IMG/VR virus record: IMGVR_UViG_3300014204_000114
Span: 32,001 to 96,000 of that record
DNA length: 64,000 bases
Origin: a virus
Taxonomy: Duplodnaviria; Caudoviricetes
Strand: one strand, 5' to 3'
The notes beneath the pieces were generated by a model. That model searched no databases. It saw nothing but the letters and a program-made list of their open reading frames with translations, and was not told where the DNA came from. Shown piece after piece: positions 56,959 to 64,000 of the stretch. Both the position numbers and the translations under genes were made by a program. Position 1 is the first letter of the stretch. Every line of letters starts with the position of its first letter.

Positions 56959-57384
56959 ATGGTAACAGTAAAAATGGCAAAGCTTCCTGGTGAGTCGAAG
57001 GAATATCTTTTCGAAGACGGTACCACGTTAGCTAAGGCGCTTGCTACGGCAGGTCTTGATTCCACTGGATATCAGGTCCGCGTATCCGGCACGCTCGTTG
57101 AAGGCGCTTTCGATGAGTTGGAAGTTGAGGATGGCGACAGCGTAATGCTTGTCAAGCCGATCAAGGGCGCTCAGGACTACATCGAAGTCAAGATTGCCAA
57201 GCTTCCTGGCGAACTTAAAGCGTTTTGCCTCAACGGTGACCGCAAGGTTCGGACTCTTATCGCTACCGCAGGATTGACCCTCGGTACCTGCAAAATCCGC
57301 ATCAACGGATTGGAAGGTGATATTGACGATGAGCTGGAAGACGGGGATACGGTAGTCCTCGTAAGTAATATCAAGGGTGCGTAA
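56959..57384 (+). CDS. Tandem di-ubiquitin-like (beta-grasp, ThiS/MoaD-like) protein
   Basis: Two ~70-aa repeats VK(M/I)AKLPGE...EDGD(S/T)V.LV..IKGA. Confidence 0.88.
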   Translation: MVTVKMAKLPGESKEYLFEDGTTLAKALATAGLDSTGYQVRVSGTLVEGAFDELEVEDGDSVMLVKPIKGAQDYIEVKIAKLPGELKAFCLNGDRKVRTLIATAGLTLGTCKIRINGLEGDIDDELEDGDTVVLVSNIKGA

Positions 57385-57433
57385 TTCCCGACTGTTTTGT
57401 TTTGTTTTGTTTTTTACTGAATTAAAATATAAG

Positions 57434-57459
57434 TACAGGGGAAGTTCGCTTCCCCTGTA
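57434..57459. terminator. Hairpin terminator after the Ubl gene
   Basis: TACAGGGGAAG-TTCG-CTTCCCCTGTA. Confidence 0.7.
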
Positions 57460-57482
57460 TCTTAAATATAAAAGGAGGATCC

Positions 57483-57755
57483 GTGGAGGCAAACGAGACA
57501 GTCTTGGAAGAATGTAAGGACTTAAAGATAGTAGAGGAGCTCAAGGCGCGTGTGGAAGCTAATGAGAAGACATTAAAGATAATAAATGAGGGGATGAAAA
57601 ACCTCATGGTTATTTGCATGAAAGTATCAGCTTCTACAGGAGCCTTGGTGAGTGTACTGAGCGAGGAAGAGTTGGAAATTTTCAAAAAGACATACGACAA
57701 AATAATAGAATCTTCCGCGAGCAGTTTAAGTTCGGAAAAGCGCGATAACGCGTGA
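57483..57755 (+). CDS. Coiled-coil hypothetical protein
   Basis: AAGGAGG SD; stop codon supplied by the IS right end. Confidence 0.7.
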   Translation: MEANETVLEECKDLKIVEELKARVEANEKTLKIINEGMKNLMVICMKVSASTGALVSVLSEEELEIFKKTYDKIIESSASSLSSEKRDNA

Positions 57756-58963
57756 TTATTCTATTACGAAAAGTAATAGTTTTTAGGCTGAAGCCAAAGA
57801 CTGTAACCCCAGTCTTAAAATATTTATCGCTGCGTTGTGGTCTCTATCAAGAGATAATCCGCAGCAAGGACAATTATGAGTTCGATCAGAAAGTTTTTTA
57901 AGGACTTTATGACCACAAGAAGAACAAATTTGGGATGTATAAGCGGGGTTGACCAGGATCAATCGTTTATCGGCGCATTCTGCCTTATAAGCAATGAGTC
58001 TGGTAAATTGTCCCCAAGCTACATCAGAAATACTTTTGTTAATGCAAGTATGAGTATGGACCATTTCGTTAATAGACAAATCCTCCATACAGATCGTGTC
58101 GAAAGACTTTACTATACTATTACTCTGTTGATGGGCAAAGTTATTGCGTTTATTAGAGATTCTTTCATGGATCTTAGCTACAACTTTCCTGGCTTTAGCT
58201 CTCTCAGGAGTGCCTTTATTAAGCTTAGAAAATTTTCTTTGAGCTTTAGCCAAAGATTTTTCTTCGTGTTTAAAGAATCTGGGGTTATCAATCTTGACAC
58301 CGTCAGAGAGCGTAGCGAAAGATTCAAGACCCACATCTATACCGACAGATCTGCCGGTTTTAAGAAGTGGATTTTTCTCGACAATACAAGAAAAAGTGAC
58401 ATACCACTTACCAGTAGTAGACTTTTTTATACAGCAAGTCTTAATTTGACCTGTGATATTCCTATGGAGTTTGATTTTGATAGTGCCGATTTTAGAGAGT
58501 TTGAGCCCCTGTTCAGTAATCTTAAAACCGAACTGAGGGAAAGAGAAAGAGTGGTACCTGTTAAACCCTTTAAATCTTGGATAACCCGGTTTATCTCCAG
58601 CCTTAATCCTTCTAAAGAATGCTTTGAAAGAAAGATCGAGCCTAACAAGAACATCCTGAAGGACTTGAGAATGAATATTTTTAAGACTACTTCTCAGCTC
58701 TTTAGTCTCTACAAGAAAAGAGTTTTGGGCATAATAACTCAAACTTTTATTTTCGATTTCCCAACATTTTTTACGCTGTTCAAGAAAGTAATTATACAGC
58801 CAGCGGCATTCTTCAAGCCACATATTCATAATGTGAGTTTGTTTGCTCGTTGGATATATACGGAATTTATATGCTTTAAGCATAGTTATAGTATGCGCTT
58901 AAAAAACAAGATGTCAATAGTTAGTACGATACAGAAATACAAAAATAGTACCAGAGCTGACAT
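57752..58963 (-). mobile_element. tnpB-only IS200/IS605-family element with an eroded left end
   Basis: Right end CTATTAC/GTAATAG hairpin + AATAATCAC; left boundary uncertain (candidate TCAT TAM at 58964-58967). Confidence 0.6.
57783..58883 (-). CDS. tnpB: TnpB RNA-guided nuclease
   Basis: MLKAYKFRIYP, GIDVG / MEDL / DRDHNAA, CSSC..CPCC. Confidence 0.95.
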   Translation of the reverse strand: MLKAYKFRIYPTSKQTHIMNMWLEECRWLYNYFLEQRKKCWEIENKSLSYYAQNSFLVETKELRSSLKNIHSQVLQDVLVRLDLSFKAFFRRIKAGDKPGYPRFKGFNRYHSFSFPQFGFKITEQGLKLSKIGTIKIKLHRNITGQIKTCCIKKSTTGKWYVTFSCIVEKNPLLKTGRSVGIDVGLESFATLSDGVKIDNPRFFKHEEKSLAKAQRKFSKLNKGTPERAKARKVVAKIHERISNKRNNFAHQQSNSIVKSFDTICMEDLSINEMVHTHTCINKSISDVAWGQFTRLIAYKAECADKRLILVNPAYTSQICSSCGHKVLKKLSDRTHNCPCCGLSLDRDHNAAINILRLGLQSLASA

Positions 58964-59178
58964 ATGATCTATAAAGGTTTTATCACGCCTAAAAGCCTAT
59001 TTAAGTTAGTAAACTCGTCTGTATGAGAGTCTCTAACGGGATGCAAGTTGTCCATTTGCCTATGGCAGTATGTACACATTCCCGGCGTTTATAATGTAAG
59101 TAACGAGTCTCCTCCACAAAAAGCCGAGGTCTGGATTCGCTCCTCCGCCGGACCTCGGCCCACCTTTATCATTAATTA

Positions 59179-59877
59179 TTGGAAGAAATAACTATGTTAA
59201 AATATATACCTGATGAAATTTTTGATTTAGAACATATCCCTGCTAATATGAATATTAGTATTGAAGACAAAGGAGAATCTCTTTTAGCTGTAAATGATAA
59301 TCCTAATCAAGGCTTTCCGTCCAGAGTTCTTATTTACACATGTGTACCTTATGATTTTTCTCATAAGTATATAAGTGCGGCGGGAATAAGTTATTCTAAG
59401 AAAGGGAAGTTTCATAGAGAAAACGGTCCGTCTTGTATATTAATGAAAAGGGTTTTATTCCTTACTCCTGATATGGTACCTGCTGAAATTCATAATAAAA
59501 TATCAATTAAAGTCCCTAGAATAGGAGCGTTTATCGAATGCTCAAAATCGTTATACGCTAGTAATAATTGTGTTTACGTTAATTATAATAATTATTCGCA
59601 GAAAGTTCAAGACTGGTGGCTGGATCCAAAATATGGGCTTTTGGGAAAATCAAAATTAGTTGTAACGGAAATGGGATGGTATTCAAACGGAAGACTGAAT
59701 AATGCGAATGGCCCTGCGAAAATAACTATGAATTTCAACCCTGACGATACTTTCAGCCCATACTATCTTTCGGCTAATCCTCCATCCCCGCCAAGAGCCG
59801 ACAAGGTTTATTATTTAAACAACAGATATTTAGGTTCGGGAGAATCAGGAGAAATAAATTGGAAAAGCAAAATATAG
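59179..59877 (+). CDS. Hypothetical protein with HRxNGP(A) repeats
   Basis: GKFHRENGPS and GRLNNANGPA. Confidence 0.7.
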   Translation: MEEITMLKYIPDEIFDLEHIPANMNISIEDKGESLLAVNDNPNQGFPSRVLIYTCVPYDFSHKYISAAGISYSKKGKFHRENGPSCILMKRVLFLTPDMVPAEIHNKISIKVPRIGAFIECSKSLYASNNCVYVNYNNYSQKVQDWWLDPKYGLLGKSKLVVTEMGWYSNGRLNNANGPAKITMNFNPDDTFSPYYLSANPPSPPRADKVYYLNNRYLGSGESGEINWKSKI

Positions 59878-60164
59878 TTATTAAAATAGATACCGACGAA
59901 TTAAAGAACATAATATTCAATAGAATTACCGCGAATCCAAAATTCATGGCGGCAATATTAGGTATTAAAGAAGAAGAAATAATACTGCACGACGAGATCT
60001 ATCTCAAAATATCTCCTGAAAAACTAACTGACATTTTTAATTCTGAAGAAATCGACCCATTATTAGAATGGGCGGCTATAGCATTTCTGGAAGAAGATGA
60101 GAACGGATTAAAAATTGACGAATCGAATATAACAGTAGAAGAGTATTTGTTTGGGAATCTATGA
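59859..60164 (+). CDS. Acidic hypothetical protein
   Basis: AGGAG SD. Confidence 0.65.
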   Translation: MEKQNIVIKIDTDELKNIIFNRITANPKFMAAILGIKEEEIILHDEIYLKISPEKLTDIFNSEEIDPLLEWAAIAFLEEDENGLKIDESNITVEEYLFGNL

Positions 60165-60751
60165 AAACAGTAAAATTACCATATTCGTTTTTAAATAGCT
60201 GTATTGATATACAGAATTATCCCGGCAGACCTACTAAAGGACTTCTAATTCCATGCCCAGAATGCGGCAGACTAGTAGTCATAGAAATGCATTTTTCGGA
60301 TTATAGTTTCACCGATTTTGCTAACGATATATCTTTGGATGGCAGTCGCGTATCTGACATAATGTGGGAACATAATATAGGAATACCGTCCGATGTCGCA
60401 AAATTATTGGATATTGACGAGGATTCTTTTAACGATCTCGCGCTTAAAAAACCTTATTATGAAATAGTAGACGGAACAATATATTTCAAAATCAGATGTC
60501 ATAATGCTCTATTTAACGGTTCCGGGAAAAGACTTATAACTTTGGATCGCGAAGATGACAATTATAGGGATAGAGGCACGTTAGAAGAATTATGGAGAGA
60601 CCACGATTTAGGAAGATATTATTCGTGTAATCAAATGTTTAAAGTGGAATTTGCTTTAGGCCCAGACGAAATGATATTCCCGGATTTGATTAAACAACTA
60701 AATAATCTAAATGATGAATTAGACAATTTTATAAATTTGACGGAATTATAA
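60161..60751 (+). CDS. Hypothetical Zn-binding protein
   Basis: CPECG plus dispersed Cys. Confidence 0.7.
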   Translation: MKTVKLPYSFLNSCIDIQNYPGRPTKGLLIPCPECGRLVVIEMHFSDYSFTDFANDISLDGSRVSDIMWEHNIGIPSDVAKLLDIDEDSFNDLALKKPYYEIVDGTIYFKIRCHNALFNGSGKRLITLDREDDNYRDRGTLEELWRDHDLGRYYSCNQMFKVEFALGPDEMIFPDLIKQLNNLNDELDNFINLTEL

Positions 60752-60760
60752 GGAGGAGAA

Positions 60761-62359
60761 ATGTATCTTAATCTTGAAACTCTCGTAAACGAACTAGGAA
60801 GAACGTGGGGATTTTACGTAAAAATATCAAGTGAAAGTTTCGGCACTACTATCAAAACTAGAAATAAACTTCATGACAAAGGTATCATATCAACTGATTT
60901 CTATCATAGCGAAGGAGATTACGGGCTTTTGATGGACGCCGAGAATTTGATTAAGCTTGAGACTCTTTATGGAAGAGCGGAAGTGACAGGACTCGTATGT
61001 CCTCATTATGAGAATATGATAGAAGTCACTTTAAGCTCTCCTGTCCTTGATGCTATATTGCCCGAACAAACAGAATTAATAGTAGATTTACTAACGGCAG
61101 ATATCCTACCTAAAAAGAAAAAGCCTAAGAAGAAAACCGAAGATGATATAACAGGAACTGCCTCTTCAGAGTTAGAGTTTTTACTAAAAGATGAAGAAGT
61201 TGTGTCTCTCCTAAAGAATATAACGAAATCGCTAAAGCTTAATGAGTTTTTAGTAAGCAGAACTATCATAGACTGTTCTATCGAAGACAGATTTACAGTC
61301 CTCATAGGATCTTATCAGGATGATTCCCCAATGGGTTATAATAAATTCTCGTGCGGATCTTTTGATAAGATAAAAAGCCCTTCCAGTATGTATCTGTATC
61401 TTGATACGGGATACGATAGAATTTACGATGTTGTATTCAAGGACTACGCGGGAGTTCCATTCGCAGGTTCTCATAGAGAAATCCACGCGTTATACCTGTT
61501 TTGGAACATATTTGATCAGGTAGAGCGTATTGATAGTAGAAACGAAGCTAAGCTGAATGATTTTAGAAAGAAATACATCACTGAAATACTTAAAAGATTC
61601 GATTTATACTTGACTGACCAAAAAGAGTATGCTAAGAAATATGAGAATAATGGTAAGTCTCTGAAGATGTCAGAATCGGCAGTAAAAGATATTTATAATA
61701 AGGCGGGGAAGACCGAACTTAAGAAAGCTGAATTAATAGTTAAATATGGAACTCAGATTATAGATAAAATTTATTTACAGTTACACAAATACGAACAAAT
61801 GGTGATAGCCGCAGGCGAAAAGGTAAAAATGTTCAGAGAAAATGATAGTGAAGAAAAATTTACACAGAGATATAGGAAAGAATTAGAATTAGTTAATAAG
61901 AATTCAAAAGTACTCAATGCTGCTATTTCTGAAAATCAATTAATAATTCATACGGATATGTTATATTGTGAAAATCCGCAGACTCATAAAGTTCACGAAA
62001 TAGGCAAATTTATCATAATGTTCGAGTTATCGTTAATGACCGGAGGAGATAACGAAGGTCTAGTAAAGTGGATTAATGTAACTCATAAAATAAAGGGATT
62101 TAGCAATCAGTTTATGAACGCTCCTCATATATTTAATGATGGACATGCATGTCTCGGATCAATAGCGGGAACATTTTCTAAATTATTAAATAATCATGAG
62201 ATAGCATCTGCTGTTGATTTAGCAATCCAATTTGTGGAAAGCGTAAATCCGGTGGATGCGGCAGGATCATTTATAGGGAATTGGCCGATAGTAGAAACGG
62301 AGAAGAAGAATGAAGAAACTAGGGAAGAGACGGAAGCAGAACTCGCAGAAACAGCGTAA
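60761..62359 (+). CDS. Coiled-coil protein with C-terminal prokaryotic E2-like domain (paralog of 53535-55562)
   Basis: APHIFNDGHACLGS...FVESVNPVDAAG. Confidence 0.72.
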   Translation: MYLNLETLVNELGRTWGFYVKISSESFGTTIKTRNKLHDKGIISTDFYHSEGDYGLLMDAENLIKLETLYGRAEVTGLVCPHYENMIEVTLSSPVLDAILPEQTELIVDLLTADILPKKKKPKKKTEDDITGTASSELEFLLKDEEVVSLLKNITKSLKLNEFLVSRTIIDCSIEDRFTVLIGSYQDDSPMGYNKFSCGSFDKIKSPSSMYLYLDTGYDRIYDVVFKDYAGVPFAGSHREIHALYLFWNIFDQVERIDSRNEAKLNDFRKKYITEILKRFDLYLTDQKEYAKKYENNGKSLKMSESAVKDIYNKAGKTELKKAELIVKYGTQIIDKIYLQLHKYEQMVIAAGEKVKMFRENDSEEKFTQRYRKELELVNKNSKVLNAAISENQLIIHTDMLYCENPQTHKVHEIGKFIIMFELSLMTGGDNEGLVKWINVTHKIKGFSNQFMNAPHIFNDGHACLGSIAGTFSKLLNNHEIASAVDLAIQFVESVNPVDAAGSFIGNWPIVETEKKNEETREETEAELAETA

Positions 62360-62381
62360 GCCAAGAAAAAGGAGGACAAAA

Positions 62382-63503
62382 ATGGTAGATCATGCGCCGC
62401 ACAATTTCGAACCCAAGTTTAAATACGATCAGGTATTTAAAATTTTTATAACTCCGCAGGCTATGGCGGACATGTCTTTAATAGTCGATATATGTACTGA
62501 AGAAGTAGGATGGATGGGATATGTAGAAAGAAGAGGAAACGATTTTATAGTATATGATGTTTTCGTCCCTAAACAGAAAGCTTCATCCGTATTATGCGAA
62601 TTAGACTTTACTGCACTGGCTGAAGTAGGAGAAGCTTTAATACAAACTCCGGACGGAATAGCGAAATATAACCAAATGAGATTCTGGGGCCATTCCCATC
62701 ATACGATGGGGACAAGTCCTTCAGGTCAGGACGATATCCAATTAAGAGAATTCGACGCGTGCGAATGGTTTATCAGAGGAATCCTGAATAAGCATGGAAG
62801 AATGGAGTTGACTTTATACTTCTTTAAGTTAGGGTTAGAGATAAGAGACGTCCCGTGGCAAATATATTATGAGCCCAATCCGTCCAAAGTCGAATATTGG
62901 GAAAGCGAAATAGAGAAGAATGTCGAAGTGACTAAGTACGTGGCTGAGACAAGATGGAACGGGACCGAATGGCATAAGGAATGGAATCAGAACTGGAGAA
63001 CAAATTACAAAAAAGACAAAATCGACCAAAGAGATATAGGATTCAGAGCGCCTAATAAGACCGCACGAAACATTCACGAATACTTCAAAGAGAAAGTTCG
63101 GGAAGATAATAAGGATGTACTTAGCGATATAGAAAAGAATACGGAAGAGGCTTTAAGAGCAGCCGCGGATATAGCCATGGGCAGAAAGGCAAAAAGCAGT
63201 AGTATATCCTGTAAAGTCGAAGTTATGGATGCGTCCGTAGGTAAAATTTTGCACAAAACCGATTGTAGTGTCCCGGATGATGGATGGGACATAGAGATGC
63301 TGGTTGACACTTTCTATAGTCATTTGTCTCAAGCGATGTACAATGACGGATTATCTTTTATAAGAAAGATACAAGGTATAGGATGGGAACCGGTTAAGGG
63401 CGGATATAAGATTGAAGATAAGGACGTGCTTGTAATAATCATAGAGGATTTATTAATGAATGCAAAATTAATCGAGGATATTAAAACCGAGGCTGCCTTA
63501 TGA
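62382..63503 (+). CDS. JAB/MPN+ metalloprotease (Ubl processing/deconjugation)
   Basis: EVGWMG, RFWGHSHHTMGTSPSGQDD; GGAGG SD before MVDHAP. Confidence 0.88.
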   Translation: MVDHAPHNFEPKFKYDQVFKIFITPQAMADMSLIVDICTEEVGWMGYVERRGNDFIVYDVFVPKQKASSVLCELDFTALAEVGEALIQTPDGIAKYNQMRFWGHSHHTMGTSPSGQDDIQLREFDACEWFIRGILNKHGRMELTLYFFKLGLEIRDVPWQIYYEPNPSKVEYWESEIEKNVEVTKYVAETRWNGTEWHKEWNQNWRTNYKKDKIDQRDIGFRAPNKTARNIHEYFKEKVREDNKDVLSDIEKNTEEALRAAADIAMGRKAKSSSISCKVEVMDASVGKILHKTDCSVPDDGWDIEMLVDTFYSHLSQAMYNDGLSFIRKIQGIGWEPVKGGYKIEDKDVLVIIIEDLLMNAKLIEDIKTEAAL

Positions 63504-64000
63504 TAGAAATCCTGAGACATATGGAAGTATTCAATCCTGATAATTTTACGGACAACGTACATATTATCGGCTGCGGATCCATAGGCTCTAATATAGCTTT
63601 GAGTATGGCTAAATTAGGTATCCCGGGGGATCAGATAACAGCATATGATTTCGATAAGGTAGAGGAGCATAATATTGCGAATCAGGCATACGCCCTAAAA
63701 CACATAGGCTGGTCTAAAGTAGATGCTTTATTCGATCAAATCAAATATTATACAGGAGAGGAAATAGACATTCGGGAAGAGAGAGTAGAAGATAAAGTAA
63801 GGCTAAATGGAATAGTCTTTCTGGTTACAGATACGATGAAATCCCGGCGGGAAATATTTAATTCCTGTATCAAGATGAAAATGGCTGTTAAATTGATGAT
63901 CGAAGTCAGAATGGATGCGGCTGAAGGGAGAGTCTACACTATTAACCCGATGTCTTATTCCGAAACGAAGTTCTGGGAAGACGTCTCGCAGTACACTGAC
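63500..64000 (+). CDS. Second ThiF/E1-like enzyme, partial (runs off window)
   Basis: MIEILRHMEVF...HIIGCGSIGS...DFDKVEEHNIANQAY...TDTMKSRR. Confidence 0.9.
   Translation, partial: MIEILRHMEVFNPDNFTDNVHIIGCGSIGSNIALSMAKLGIPGDQITAYDFDKVEEHNIANQAYALKHIGWSKVDALFDQIKYYTGEEIDIREERVEDKVRLNGIVFLVTDTMKSRREIFNSCIKMKMAVKLMIEVRMDAAEGRVYTINPMSYSETKFWEDVSQYTD

Noticed and set aside
56243-57384. ThiF/ThiS thiamine or MoeB/MoaD cofactor biosynthesis
   Set aside because: No thiG, moaE or desulfurase nearby; E2-like and JAB neighbours favour conjugation, though sulfur transfer is not formally excluded
1-64000. Stop-codon reassignment (suggested by the odd tRNA and the in-frame TGA at 23208)
   Set aside because: TAG and TGA end many well-defined genes at tight junctions, and conserved enzymes are uninterrupted in the standard code

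Overview
AT-rich, gene-dense window that reads as part of a large (jumbo-like) dsDNA bacteriophage genome using the standard genetic code. Positions 1-16.2 kb are a leftward (minus-strand) block with Gly/Ala-rich virion-like proteins, a 1097-aa DEDDh + PD-(D/E)xK double nuclease, a DHH phosphoesterase, a kinase-like P-loop protein, thioredoxin, a metallophosphoesterase and small Cys-rich paralogs. Transcription diverges at about 16.2-16.6 kb. The rightward block begins with a cassette-like array of short genes, each closed by a terminator. It continues through structured non-coding regions around ssb, two long AT-rich repeat-bearing intergenic regions and a NADAR/macrodomain/SLOG/DUF4326 cluster. 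Next come an atypical tRNA preceded by a MARAPP minigene, three IS200/IS605-family TnpB elements, and a radical SAM enzyme followed by four 'KIRxG(F/L)VSNSSSSSF' paralogs. The most striking feature is a duplicated, phage-encoded prokaryotic ubiquitin-like conjugation locus: E2-like, pseudo-JAB, E1/ThiF and tandem di-Ubl, followed by a second E2-like, an active JAB and a second E1/ThiF. All functional calls come from motif recognition by eye; no database search was run.
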